DNA from: an uncultured Gemmatimonadales bacterium
GTDB lineage: Bacteria > Gemmatimonadota > Gemmatimonadetes > Gemmatimonadales > GWC2-71-9
Direction of reading: 5' to 3'
Assembly (NCBI GenBank): GCA_963821525.1
Contig: CAWGED010000019.1
Coordinates: forward strand, 652,449 to 716,448
DNA length: 64,000 bases
Made by a program: the position numbers and the translations under genes. Of the stretch, positions 1 through 9,437 are shown in pieces. Position 1 is the stretch's first letter. Each line of letters begins with the position of its first letter. The notes beneath the pieces were generated by a model that was not told where the DNA came from, did not search any database, and worked only from the letters and a program-made list of their open reading frames with translations.

Positions 1-724
1 CGGGCGGCTCCATGGCGAGCAGTGCCGCAATCTGGATCAGGTGATTCTGCACCACGTCGCGCACCGCGCCGGCTTCTTCGTAGAAACGGCCTCGTCCCCT
101 GATGCCGAAGTGCTCCGCCATCGTGATCTGCACCCGCTCTACGTAATTGCGGTTCCAGATCGGCTCGAGAAACGAGTTCGCGAAGCGGAAGTACATCAGG
201 TTCAGCACCGGCTCCTTCCCCAGGTAGTGATCGATCCGGAAGATCGCGTCGTCGGGAAAAAACTCCTGCAGCGTTGCGTTGAGGCTCCTGGCACTCTCCA
301 GGTCCCGGCCGAAGGGCTTCTCGACGATCAACCGGCCACCTTGAGCGTCACCCGACTTGGCGAGTCCCTCCGCGACGGTGCGAAACAGGCTGGGCGGGAT
401 CGCGAGGTAGAAGAGCGGGTGCTTCGCACTGCCCAGTGCCCCCCGCAGCCGGTCGTACGTCCCCGGGTCCTGATACTCTCCTTCGACGTAGCGAAGCAGC
501 TCGGCAAGTTTGGCGAAGGCCCCCTCGTCCACCTTGCCGTGATGCTCCAGACTCTCCCGCGCCCGGGCCTTCAGCCGATCGGCGGTCCAGCCGGAGCGCG
601 CCACGCCCAGGATCGGCACGTCCAGGTGGTCCCTTCGGACCATGTCATATAGTGCGGGAAAGATCTGCTGGTAGGCGAGGTCTCCGGTCACACCGAAGAG
701 AACCAGGGCGTCCGAGCGAGGCAT
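1..724 (-). CDS. zwf: glucose-6-phosphate dehydrogenase, N-terminal part (gene runs off the left edge)
   Basis: Reverse translation from the ATG at 724-722 gives [22 protein letters not shown], which carries the GxxGDLA motif. Further on it gives FRIDHYLG. The + ORF 41..652 is its antisense shadow. ATGA start/stop overlap with gnd. Confidence 0.9.
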   Translation of the reverse strand, partial: MPRSDALVLFGVTGDLAYQQIFPALYDMVRRDHLDVPILGVARSGWTADRLKARARESLEHHGKVDEGAFAKLAELLRYVEGEYQDPGTYDRLRGALGSAKHPLFYLAIPPSLFRTVAEGLAKSGDAQGGRLIVEKPFGRDLESARSLNATLQEFFPDDAIFRIDHYLGKEPVLNLMYFRFANSFLEPIWNRNYVERVQITMAEHFGIRGRGRFYEEAGAVRDVVQNHLIQIAALLAMEPP

Positions 725-1749
725 CATGGCTGATGGCCCGGCCCTTTCTCGACGTGGCCTCCGAATTGGAACCGCATCGCCGACAGCAATTGATCGGCGA
801 ACTCCGCCCCCTCGCGTGAGCTGAAACGCTGGAACAGCGCCGCGCTCAAGACGTGAGCCGGGACCCCTTCATCAACCGCGGCAGCCAGCGTCCAGCGACC
901 CTCACCCGAATCGGAGACTCGACCGCTGAAGCCGGCAAGCTCGGAATCTCGGTACAGCGCCTGTGCGGTGAGATCGAGCAGCCATGACGCAATCACACTC
1001 CCCCGCCGCCACACCTCGGCGATCTCCGCCAGGTTGAACTCGTAGCGGTACAGCTCGGGTTGCTTGAGCGGTGTCGTCTCCGCGTCGGCGCTCCGCTCCT
1101 GCATTCCGAGGTCGGCATGACGGAGCACATTGAAGCCCTCCGCGTAGGATGCCATCAGGCCGTATTCGATCCCGTTATGCACCATCTTAACGAAGTGTCC
1201 CGCTCCAGCGGGCCCGCAGTGCAGATAGCCCAGCTCGGCCCGATGCGGAGCACCATGGCGCTCTGGTGACCGTGAGGCCGCGTCGAGGCCGGGAGCCAGC
1301 GCCGCGAAGATGGGATCCAGTAATTCGACAGTCTGGTCTTCCCCTCCGATCATCAGGCAGTAGCCCCGTTCGAGCCCGCGTATCCCGCCGCTGGTGCCCA
1401 CATCCAGGTAGTGCACACCTCGCGGGCGGAGTTCCGCGGCACGCCGGATGTCTTCGGGGTAATGGGTGTTCCCTCCGTCGATGATGAGGTCGCCCGAGGA
1501 GAGCAGTGGAGCGAGATGGGTGATCTGGTCATCCACCAGGGCGGCGGGAAGCATCAACCAGACCGGGCGGGGCGGCTTGAGCTGATTCACGAGAGACGCC
1601 AGGGAATCGGCCTCAACGGCGCCTTCCTTTGCCAGGCCGGAGCGGGCTTCCGGCTTCACATCGTACACGACGCAGTGGTGTCCAGCCCGGAGCAGGCGCC
1701 GCACCATGTTGGCACCCATCCGTCCCAAACCGATCATGCCCAGCTCCAT
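724..1749 (-). CDS. gnd: 6-phosphogluconate dehydrogenase (decarboxylating), short form
   Basis: 341-aa ORF. N-terminus [19 protein letters not shown] is a Rossmann GxGxxG motif, and there is family-typical similarity throughout. Sits between glk and zwf. Confidence 0.9.
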   Translation of the reverse strand: MELGMIGLGRMGANMVRRLLRAGHHCVVYDVKPEARSGLAKEGAVEADSLASLVNQLKPPRPVWLMLPAALVDDQITHLAPLLSSGDLIIDGGNTHYPEDIRRAAELRPRGVHYLDVGTSGGIRGLERGYCLMIGGEDQTVELLDPIFAALAPGLDAASRSPERHGAPHRAELGYLHCGPAGAGHFVKMVHNGIEYGLMASYAEGFNVLRHADLGMQERSADAETTPLKQPELYRYEFNLAEIAEVWRRGSVIASWLLDLTAQALYRDSELAGFSGRVSDSGEGRWTLAAAVDEGVPAHVLSAALFQRFSSREGAEFADQLLSAMRFQFGGHVEKGPGHQP

Positions 1750-1758
1750 TGGCAGCTC

Positions 1759-2772
1759 CTAGGTTGCGAACAGCGCCGGCGGGCCAGAGGTGTTCGAGCC
1801 GAAGTCGTAAAGCACGGCGCCAAGTATTGCGCTGCGGGTGAGGACGACATGAACCGGCAGGTTCGTCAGCAGCCCGGCCAGCCGCCCCTTCTTGATGAAG
1901 CTCTGGAGGAAACGCCCCTCACCCAAGACCGGCAGAAGTCGTGGTGGAATTCCACCCGCGAGATAGACGCCGCCAGTCGCAAGAACTCGCAGCGCGAGAT
2001 TTCCTGCCTCGGCCGCGAGAATCGAGACGAACATTTCAAGTGCTGCCGCGCTGAGCGGATCGGGGGTTGGCCTTTGAAGTCCGGCTTGAGTGATCATGGC
2101 TGCGGGGTCTGCCGCGTTTACGATGAGAGCCGCCGTCTCTCGGCTCGATGTGAAGTGTCCGGCACGGCGGAGGTAGTCGTAGATCCGGATGATCCCCGGC
2201 CCGGAGCAGACGCGTTCTACGCTGACGTGGTCGAACTCCTGTCGGAGATCCTGCAGCAGGCCGATTTCGAGCGGGGTAGTTGGAGCAAAATCTCCGTGGC
2301 CGCCCTCGGAAGGATGGGGCACATAGCGAAAGGAGTCCCAGGTAAGGAAAGCCTCGCCCAGCCCGGTTCCCGGCGCGATGACCGCAATGGCGCCCCCATC
2401 GGCTGGAGTGCCTTGATTGAGGATGTGGAGGTCGCCCGGGGTAAGCGTCGGAATAGCGCGGGCGATCGCTTCGAGGTCATTGATGAGGCGCACCGACTCC
2501 AGGCCCAGCTCTTCGGCCAGGCCTCTCTCGTCGAGCACCCACGGCAGGTTGGTGATTTTGGTCCGGCCGTCGAGCACCGGCCCCGCGACCGCGAAGCAGG
2601 CGCGATCAATCGGAAGCTCGTTCGTGGCGAGAAACCGGCGAACGAGTGCGGCGAGACTCTCGCCATCGCCGCTCGCATAGGAAGCGTGCGCCAGCGGGGC
2701 GCGCGGGCCCGACTCCTGACTGAAAATGCCCAGCGCCGTCTTAGTGCCGCCTACATCTCCTGCCAAAAGCAT
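1759..2772 (-). CDS. glk: glucokinase
   Basis: The ORF contains MLLAGDVGGTKTALGIF, the glucokinase N-terminal ATP-binding motif. The ATG at 2772 has a G-rich stretch upstream. An alternative upstream ATG lies at 2793. Confidence 0.85.
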   Translation of the reverse strand: MLLAGDVGGTKTALGIFSQESGPRAPLAHASYASGDGESLAALVRRFLATNELPIDRACFAVAGPVLDGRTKITNLPWVLDERGLAEELGLESVRLINDLEAIARAIPTLTPGDLHILNQGTPADGGAIAVIAPGTGLGEAFLTWDSFRYVPHPSEGGHGDFAPTTPLEIGLLQDLRQEFDHVSVERVCSGPGIIRIYDYLRRAGHFTSSRETAALIVNAADPAAMITQAGLQRPTPDPLSAAALEMFVSILAAEAGNLALRVLATGGVYLAGGIPPRLLPVLGEGRFLQSFIKKGRLAGLLTNLPVHVVLTRSAILGAVLYDFGSNTSGPPALFAT

Positions 2773-2864
2773 TGCGACATCCCACCCCTTCAAACGCGAC
2801 TACAACGACCGCATCCTTTCGCATGGTAGTCGTGTGCGAGGCGTTTTGGAATGGCGGGCGTTTC

Positions 2865-3001
2865 GGTGAACGGCGAACGGGGAGTGTCATCCGAGCGAGC
2901 GTAGCGAGAGAGGAATCCCAATGCGTGGTCTCACGGCCAGGCACGAGATTCCTCGCTTTGCTCGGAATGACAACTGTCTTCCTTCCCGTTCACCGTTCAC
3001 C
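2865..3001. repeat. heptamer-arm palindromic junction element E1 with inner conserved-core hairpin
   Basis: Outer arms GGTGAACGGCGAACGGG (2865-2881) and CCCGTTCACCGTTCACC (2985-3001) are complementary with 1 mismatch. The inner arms are GTCATCCGAGCGAGCGTAGCGAGAGAGGAATC (2886-2917) and GATTCCTCGCTTTGCTCGGAATGAC (2947-2971). Confidence 0.8.
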
Positions 3002-3012
3002 GCTCCCGCTTT

Positions 3013-5574
3013 CTAAAACCGAAACCCCGTCCCCACCGAGAAAATCGTCCCCTCCTCGCTGTGCGCCACGTCCAACCGCGCCACGACTTCGTCGAGCCCC
3101 GGCAGCCAGCCTAAGGACGGCGACGCCCAGAGTCCCCCGCCGAAGTCGGCGTGAAGTTTGGATGACGATTCTCCCTGATTCCACACTCTGCCCCCGTCGC
3201 CGAAGGCGAGGACACCAAGATCGGCGGAGATGAAGTTGACGTTGAAGCGGAACATTCTCACCCGGGTCTCGATACTGCCGTAGGCCGAGCCACGGTCGCC
3301 GGAGAAGCGGTCGGTGCGAAAGCCGCGGAGGGTAAGTGGACCACCGACGCGCGCGGCCTGGCGGAAGGGCGGCGCTCCGGTGAGCAGGACTCCACCCAAT
3401 CGTGTCGCCAGCACGAGGCGGCGCGATTGGCCGATTCCCCAGAGCGCCCGTCCTTGCGCGGAGATGCGACCGAATCCTCCCTGGTCCAGATCCATCCAGC
3501 CCGGAGCGCCGATCACCTCGAGGATTGCCTGGTAGCGCACCGGCTCTCGGACCGACTGGAGCGTGGAGTATTCCAGGCTTCCGCCTACGCCGGCGAAGCT
3601 GAAATTCCCGGAGCCGTAGGGATGCTGTTGCGCGATGAGCGTGGTGCTGCCGGTGGTGTCGGTGCTGCCGAACGAGATGAAGGGGCCCGCCTTGAAGGCC
3701 AGCTCCCGCCGGGAGGAAATCGAGATGCCGGCACCCAAGGCGACCTCGCGGACCTGGACCTCGTAGAAATCCTGATCTCTGGTTTGTTGAGTCTCGTTGC
3801 CGTAACCGAAGAAGCGCACCACGTCGATCCCCGTAGCCTTGCCCGTTAGTAAGAGGTGGAGATTCCTCAACACGTCCCGACGCTCGAACTCCAGAAGCAC
3901 CCTCGCACCCGCCGGCTTGGTCGCGAAGGTGAACGCACCTCGGAGCTGCTGGCGATAATTCTTCTCCTCGAAACCTTGCCAGTCGCGATGGGCGCGGATC
4001 CCCGCCACGACCCCCAGGTCTGCACTGTATCCCAGCTGTACCCCGGACTTGGTCGCAGCGCCCCAGTCCATCGGCTCCGGCGGATAGCCATCGCGCTCCC
4101 ATCGGATCCGACGGCCTGTGGCCCGTGGCACCACCCGCACTCCACCCGGCGGATCCACCCGGGTGCTATCGGACTCGGCGTAAAGCACCACCCGTTTGGT
4201 GGAAGGCCCTTCCCGCTCGAGGGCCACATTCCCCGAGCGGGAGGTGATGCGCACTCCCGTTCCCCCGTGTTCAACTCCAATGAGCTGGACAGAATCCTGG
4301 CCGCCTTCGAGGTGGAGTCTTATCTCCTCCGTCTCTTCGCGGGAGAATTGGCGATGAAAAGTCTCGACTCCGCCGGCCACGGCGAGGATCTCCACGGCTC
4401 CCTTGTCGGACCGCCGGACGGTCACCTTTTCGTCGGCATCAGATAGGACCAAGTCCGGGTAGTGATTGATGATGTAGTAGAACTGCTTGACGATTTTGGG
4501 CAGCAGGTCGCGACGAGACGCGATCCCGGTGAGGAGGAGCGACTGGGAAGCCACGCGTTGCGACTCGGGGAGCAGCGCGATGGCCTCCTCGATCCGATCG
4601 TTGGTCAGCGATTGAGCCAGCGCGGATGACACGCTGTCCCATGCGGGCCGATCGAGCCAAACCAAAAGCTGGCGGTCGAGGTCATATCCTCGATCGACCA
4701 GCGGCCCCACCTTCGGCATCTTCGGACCAAAGACCTGGTGGCCTGGTTCGTACTGGTTGAGGACCGCCGCGTTCCAACCCTGAGCGCGAAGGAACGCTTC
4801 TTCCTGACGAATCGCGATCGGCACCCAGCGCCCCACACTGCCGCTATCCGCCGCCAGGCCCCAAAGCCAATGCTCGGGACTTCGGTCGCGATCGCCGACC
4901 AGTACGTCGAGGAGACGGGAGGCGAGATACCGCTCCGTCGCGACTCGGGTCGTGGGATCGAGCCGAAGTTGCTCGAGCAATGCGGCCGTGGTGATCACCC
5001 GTGAAAACCTGCCGTAGGGCTCCCCGTCGAGCTCGGGAGCCCCCTCGACCCAGACCGGCCGGCCTCGCAGCGAATCGAGGAGATGGAACGAGTCGGTCGC
5101 AGCGCGGAGAACCACCAGCATCGGCTGAATCGCGTCCAGGCCGACACGCTGATACAACCCAGCTGCCACGAGCGGAGCCGTGGGGTGTACGTTGGCGACG
5201 AGATCCCGAAGGAGATTGTTGAACTCGGTATCGCGCAGGTTCCTGGGCAGCAGCGCGGTGACGGGATCTCGATCTACCGGAAGGATTCGAAGTGCCCTGC
5301 CGTCTGCTCCTCGCGCGATGACGACGTTGCCGAGGGGTCCGTTATCCGGCGCGAACGTGACCTGTCCCCCACCGAGCTGATCGGCGTTGGCCACCGTCAG
5401 GCACACGGTATCCGCCCAGAGCGCACGCCATCCCGCCCCGCGCGCGAGACCCGGGCCCTTGGGCTCCGCCAATCGCGGGCTGAGAACGACCGCGGCGGAG
5501 TCGGGAGGCTCTCCCGACGGGCGTTGAGTACCGCTCGCGGCAACGCAACCGCCGACAACCAGGAGCCAGAGCAA
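3013..5574 (-). CDS. Omp85/surface-antigen (D15) family outer-membrane protein with a large uncharacterised N-terminal region
   Basis: 853-aa ORF. The C-terminal ~300 aa have a beta-barrel pattern ending ...VARLDVAHSEEGTIFSVGTGFRF (terminal aromatic residue). The start is uncertain. TTG at 5574 gives MLWLLVVGGC. An ATG at 5599 in another frame would give a better signal peptide, but only if there is a 1-nt indel. Confidence 0.7.
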   Translation of the reverse strand: MLWLLVVGGCVAASGTQRPSGEPPDSAAVVLSPRLAEPKGPGLARGAGWRALWADTVCLTVANADQLGGGQVTFAPDNGPLGNVVIARGADGRALRILPVDRDPVTALLPRNLRDTEFNNLLRDLVANVHPTAPLVAAGLYQRVGLDAIQPMLVVLRAATDSFHLLDSLRGRPVWVEGAPELDGEPYGRFSRVITTAALLEQLRLDPTTRVATERYLASRLLDVLVGDRDRSPEHWLWGLAADSGSVGRWVPIAIRQEEAFLRAQGWNAAVLNQYEPGHQVFGPKMPKVGPLVDRGYDLDRQLLVWLDRPAWDSVSSALAQSLTNDRIEEAIALLPESQRVASQSLLLTGIASRRDLLPKIVKQFYYIINHYPDLVLSDADEKVTVRRSDKGAVEILAVAGGVETFHRQFSREETEEIRLHLEGGQDSVQLIGVEHGGTGVRITSRSGNVALEREGPSTKRVVLYAESDSTRVDPPGGVRVVPRATGRRIRWERDGYPPEPMDWGAATKSGVQLGYSADLGVVAGIRAHRDWQGFEEKNYRQQLRGAFTFATKPAGARVLLEFERRDVLRNLHLLLTGKATGIDVVRFFGYGNETQQTRDQDFYEVQVREVALGAGISISSRRELAFKAGPFISFGSTDTTGSTTLIAQQHPYGSGNFSFAGVGGSLEYSTLQSVREPVRYQAILEVIGAPGWMDLDQGGFGRISAQGRALWGIGQSRRLVLATRLGGVLLTGAPPFRQAARVGGPLTLRGFRTDRFSGDRGSAYGSIETRVRMFRFNVNFISADLGVLAFGDGGRVWNQGESSSKLHADFGGGLWASPSLGWLPGLDEVVARLDVAHSEEGTIFSVGTGFRF

Positions 5575-5626
5575 CGCGGGATTCCGGGAAGGTGTTCATT
5601 AGTGAGAGCAGAATAACAAAAGCGCG

Positions 5627-5756
5627 AAGGGGGAAAAGGGAACAGGGGAAAAGGAACGGTGGACCTCGCTTCGCTCGAGATGAGGTGGTCCCTCACCTTT
5701 CCCTTCTTCGATTCCCCTGTTCCCGGTTCCCTGTTCCCTTTTCCCGCTTTTCCCTC
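5627..5756. repeat. heptamer-arm junction element E2 (GGGAACA type) with single core motif
   Basis: The left arm is a GGGAAAA GGGAACA GGGGAAA AGGAACG array. The right arm is a pyrimidine mirror that includes CCCTGTTCCCTTTTCCC (5729-5745). The centre carries GGACCTCGCTTCGCTCGAGATGAGGTG (5661-5687). Confidence 0.75.
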
Positions 5757-5773
5757 ACTATACTTGTCCCCAC

Positions 5774-5855
5774 GCGAACGTGGCGGAACTGGCAGACGCG
5801 CAGGACTTAGGATCCTGTGGGGTAACCCTTCCGGGTTCGACTCCCGGCGTTCGCA
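5774..5855 (+). tRNA. tRNA-Leu (anticodon UAG)
   Basis: Acceptor stem GCGAACG/CGTTCGC. Anticodon stem CAGGA/TCCTG with loop CTTAGGA. Long variable arm. T arm CCGGGTTCGACTCCCGG. Discriminator A. No encoded CCA. Confidence 0.92.
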
Positions 5856-5868
5856 CTCAACGACTTAG

Positions 5869-5893
5869 GGCCTCCCAACTCGGGAGGCCTTTT
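5869..5893 (+). terminator. rho-independent terminator after tRNA-Leu
   Basis: GGCCTCCC-aactc-GGGAGGCC forms an 8-bp GC stem and is followed by TTTT. Confidence 0.75.
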
Positions 5894-6308
5894 CGTGGAT
5901 ACGGCTGTTGCATGTCACTGTCGCCGTGGGAAAGGCCGTTGCTCAGGCCCGACTCCTTAGCCGAGGAACCTGCTGGCCCGCCCGCGCGGGCCGAGGTGTC
6001 GTTCGTCCCGTCGAGCGTGGCGCTGAACAGCGCCACTAGCAAGATCGAGATCCGAGGAGAGCTAGCCCGTGGGCAGGGCGGAGACCACCGGAGAGCGTCT
6101 GGTTGTGGGTTTACTTCATGAATCCGACCGAGACGTACAACGGGCAGCCCATGGGCGGGGGCCGGTCCGACGAGCCCATTGAACTGGTTCATCCATTCGG
6201 CGCAGGGGACACGGCGCGAATTATGGCGCGCGGTCCATTCCATTGGGCGACCAACTCGGACGCCCCGCAGACCGACTCTTACGCCCGCTCTCGGTCGGCG
6301 CGCTCGGC

Positions 6309-7763
6309 TTACGGCGTAGCCGCGACCGCCGCGGCCGCGTTGAGCAGGCCCGCGCCCGTCGCGTCGGCGCCCCAGCAGATCTCTTCCGGCGGCGGAGAGA
6401 GCGGCACCAGAATGACCTGCCGGCACCCCGCGCCCAGAGGCACCGCCGAGCCCTCGATGATCGACTCGGCCTGTGCCTCGGTCAGGGTGGGGTTCTTCTG
6501 CAGCATCAGCGCGATGGTGCCGGTCACGTGCGGCGCCGCCTCCGAAGTGCCGCCGAGGAAGAAGAAGTCGGTCTGGCCGCGCTGGAGCTGATACGGCCCA
6601 ACGACCCACGAGCCCGGGGCGGCGATGTCGAGATCCTGCCCGTTGAGCTGCCGGCCGGAGAAGGCGGTGATGTAGAAGTCGCTCACGCTGGTCGGGTCGC
6701 CCACGTCCTGAGTGAACCACCAGTTGATATCCGGCACCCACTCGTGGGTCCAGCCACTCGCGGCTGCGGAGATGACCTGCGGCAGTGCGCCGGGGTAGCC
6801 CATGCCATTCTCACCCCCGTTGCCGGCGGAGAAGACCAGCAGCACTCCCTGTTGGAGCGCGAAGTTGACGGCGGCCTCGACCAGGGGGTCGTTCCCCCCA
6901 CTGCCCCAGCTGTTGTTCACCACCAGCGGCTGCCCCGCGAGCGGCCCCTGCTTGAGCTCCGCGAAGTAGAGCAGGCCCGCGGCCGCGACCGAGCTGGGGA
7001 AGCCGCAAGGGCTGGGATTCTGCGACGTCGGGCTCCCCTGGGTGCTGAGCTTTACCGGGATGACCGTCGCCTGTGGCGCGGTGCCCTGGAACCGCACGGT
7101 ACCGACGACCTGATACCCCAGCACCGTGCTGGTCACGTGCGTGCCGTGGGCACAGACGTCGTGCTGCCAAGCGTCGCCGGCCCGCTGGGTGACGTTGCCC
7201 GCGTCAACCGCGCCGCCGCCGGTGAAGGTGGTGGCGTACTGGGTGGCGATGCGGTCGGTGGGGAAGTATTGCGGCCAGGTGTAGAGCAACCCGGTGTCCA
7301 GGATGCCGACCCAGACGCCGGCGCCCGTCTGCACGACACCCCGCGTCGCGCTCAGCGGCGAGACGGTCGCGTTGATCGCGTCCTGATCCCAAGTGCTGAA
7401 GCCACCGGTAAAATCCGAGACGGGCACGAGAGGGGTGTTGGGCGGGAAATCGATCTCGGCGTCGAGTGCCGCGCCCTTGACGAAGGGCAGGGCCTTCACC
7501 GCAGCGAGCTGGCCGGCCATGGCCGCCAAAGTGAGGCCGTAGATCTGCGGGAACTGCTTCTTCACCCGGCCGATCGCGTTGAGCTGCGCGAGCTGGGCGC
7601 TCGTTGCCTTGCCCTTGAGGACGACGTTGATGCCGACTTGGCCAGAGGATGCGGCGGATGCTAACGACTGCGAGGAAGGAGTGGCGGGTTGGGTGGTCTC
7701 ATCGCTACAGGCAGCAAGCAATACGAGGCAGCCTGCTGCGAGTGTAAGGAAGCGGGAGTTCAT
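6309..7763 (-). CDS. subtilisin-like serine protease (peptidase S8), lipoprotein
   Basis: Catalytic triad contexts ILDTGL, CAHGTHVTSTV and GGTSEAAPHVTG. The ATG at 7763 gives MNSRFLTLAAGCLVLLAAC (lipobox) and is preceded by GGAGG. The ORF track extends to 7871. Confidence 0.88.
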   Translation of the reverse strand: MNSRFLTLAAGCLVLLAACSDETTQPATPSSQSLASAASSGQVGINVVLKGKATSAQLAQLNAIGRVKKQFPQIYGLTLAAMAGQLAAVKALPFVKGAALDAEIDFPPNTPLVPVSDFTGGFSTWDQDAINATVSPLSATRGVVQTGAGVWVGILDTGLLYTWPQYFPTDRIATQYATTFTGGGAVDAGNVTQRAGDAWQHDVCAHGTHVTSTVLGYQVVGTVRFQGTAPQATVIPVKLSTQGSPTSQNPSPCGFPSSVAAAGLLYFAELKQGPLAGQPLVVNNSWGSGGNDPLVEAAVNFALQQGVLLVFSAGNGGENGMGYPGALPQVISAAASGWTHEWVPDINWWFTQDVGDPTSVSDFYITAFSGRQLNGQDLDIAAPGSWVVGPYQLQRGQTDFFFLGGTSEAAPHVTGTIALMLQKNPTLTEAQAESIIEGSAVPLGAGCRQVILVPLSPPPEEICWGADATGAGLLNAAAAVAATP

Positions 7764-7930
7764 CAAGGCCTCCAGGGGGAAAGCCTCAACGCCGGGAGCC
7801 ACAGCGAGCAACCGTCGCGTGCGCGTCCGGCGGGGCTGTTTCATGCTACGGCGAGCGGGAGGACCACGCAAGTCAGTTGGTTACGACAGCGGAGCGCGAG
7901 CCGCAGAAGAGTGCAACAAGTTGCAACAGC

Positions 7931-7972
7931 CCTGTGGGGAAACCTTTCCGGGTTCGACTTCCGGCGTTCGCA
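7931..7972 (+). repeat. degenerate direct copy of the 3-prime 42 nt of tRNA-Leu (att-like scar)
   Basis: CCTGTGGGGAAACCTTTCCGGGTTCGACTTCCGGCGTTCGCA matches 5814-5855 at 39 of 42 positions, in the same orientation. No D arm or anticodon arm lies upstream. Confidence 0.8.
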
Positions 7973-8027
7973 TTTTGGCCCCCACTCGAGCATGTTGGGT
8001 CCATCGACTCGCACCAAGAGGTCCGGC

Positions 8028-8882
8028 ATGTTCAAGTCCGGTAGCCTGTGGCCTGCAATCCTCGCGACTACCCTCGCGGCCCAGGGCTGCAACCGGGTCA
8101 CCAAGAACGTCTCCTACGATCCCGCCGGCACCGACTCGCTTACAGCACTCGACATTTACCCGCCGAGGTTTGGCGGGCATCATCCGGTCGTCATCTTCAT
8201 TCACGGCGGAAGCTACGTCGAGGGCGACAAGAACACCGAGGTGGGCGCCAAGCCCAAAGCGTTCGCCGGCGAGGGATACGTCTTCGTCGCCCCCAACTAC
8301 CGCCTGTCTCCCGCGGTCAAGCACCCGGTCCACATCCAGGACGTCGCCAAGGCCATCGCCTGGGTGCACCATAACATCGGCCGCTACGGCGGTGACTCCA
8401 CCCGGCTCTTCGTCTTGGGCCATTCCTCCGGCGCCAGCATGGCAGCACTCATCGCCACCAATGAGCGTTACCTGAAGGCCGAAGGCCTGGATCTCTCGTC
8501 TTTGAGCGGGGCGATCCTGCTGGATGGCAGCGCCTATGATATCCCGCGCCGATTCTCCGAGGATTCGGCCGACGCTCATCGCCTGCTCGCCATCTTCGGC
8601 GACGATCCCGCGGTGTGGGAGGAGGCCTCCGCGCAGTATCACTGTCAAAAGAACAAGGGCATTCCGCCCTTCCTGATGTTCTTTCTCACCGCGCGCGCCG
8701 GAGGCACCCAGCAGTCTCAGGCCCTGGCGGGTGCCCTGGCCACAGCCGGGGTAAAAGTCGAGATCAAACCGATTCAGACCGTGGGGCACTACAAACTGAA
8801 TCTGGAGCTGGGGCTGGAAACGGATCCCGCCACTGCGGACGTCTTCTCGTTCCTGGAGACCTACAGCGCTCGGGGACCCTGA
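8028..8882 (+). CDS. alpha/beta hydrolase (carboxylesterase-like), lipoprotein
   Basis: Oxyanion motif VIFIHGGSY and nucleophile elbow GHSSGA. The ATG at 8028 gives MFKSGSLWPAILATTLAAQGC (lipobox). An alternative ATG lies at 7992. Confidence 0.8.
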   Translation: MFKSGSLWPAILATTLAAQGCNRVTKNVSYDPAGTDSLTALDIYPPRFGGHHPVVIFIHGGSYVEGDKNTEVGAKPKAFAGEGYVFVAPNYRLSPAVKHPVHIQDVAKAIAWVHHNIGRYGGDSTRLFVLGHSSGASMAALIATNERYLKAEGLDLSSLSGAILLDGSAYDIPRRFSEDSADAHRLLAIFGDDPAVWEEASAQYHCQKNKGIPPFLMFFLTARAGGTQQSQALAGALATAGVKVEIKPIQTVGHYKLNLELGLETDPATADVFSFLETYSARGP

Positions 8883-8901
8883 GCGTAATTGCGGGAGCTA
8901 T

Positions 8902-9294
8902 TCAGCCGGTCGAGGACCGGCTCCCACCGCGCTGCAGCAACGCCAGTCGCACCGCGTCTACCACGAGAGAAAAATCGTCGAGCTTGGAGATCAGTGGCAC
9001 ACCGCGCTGCTCGATCGGCGCGTGGACCTTGGGATCCCGTGCCGCTCCGGTGAGAAACACCACCCGGTGGAGCAGTTCGGGGACCCGGGAGACCAGCGAA
9101 TCGTAGAACGCGACCCCGCTTACTTCGGGCATCAGCACATCGCTCACCACGGCATCCACGTCCCCCGCCTCGACCACGCGCAACGCCTCGGCCCCGGACC
9201 CGGCTTCGAGGACCGCAAAGCCGCTGCGCTCGAAATAGCCTCGTAACGCCCGGCGAATCGACTTCTCGTCGTCAACCACGAGGACGGTGGACAT
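8902..9294 (-). CDS. single-domain response regulator (receiver only)
   Basis: 130 aa. VLVVDDEKSIR ... VVSDVLMPEVSG is the CheY-like receiver pattern. No output domain. Confidence 0.85.
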   Translation of the reverse strand: MSTVLVVDDEKSIRRALRGYFERSGFAVLEAGSGAEALRVVEAGDVDAVVSDVLMPEVSGVAFYDSLVSRVPELLHRVVFLTGAARDPKVHAPIEQRGVPLISKLDDFSLVVDAVRLALLQRGGSRSSTG

Positions 9295-9437
9295 GCTTAC
9301 TATTCAACAAGTTGCGATATGCGGGGTCAAGTAGTTCGATCGGTCTACACCCTCGTCTGTAGCCCGTCCCGTAAGCGTTCGACCGGCCGGACCGCTCCTA
9401 CTGCCCCCTCGCCCTGTGGCAGACTAAATTGCCGCCC

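Noticed and set aside
5856-7930. Integrase, excisionase or other mobility gene inside the tRNA-Leu-bounded segment
   Set aside because: No frame shows integrase motifs (R..HxxR..Y). The segment is almost fully occupied by the S8 protease gene.
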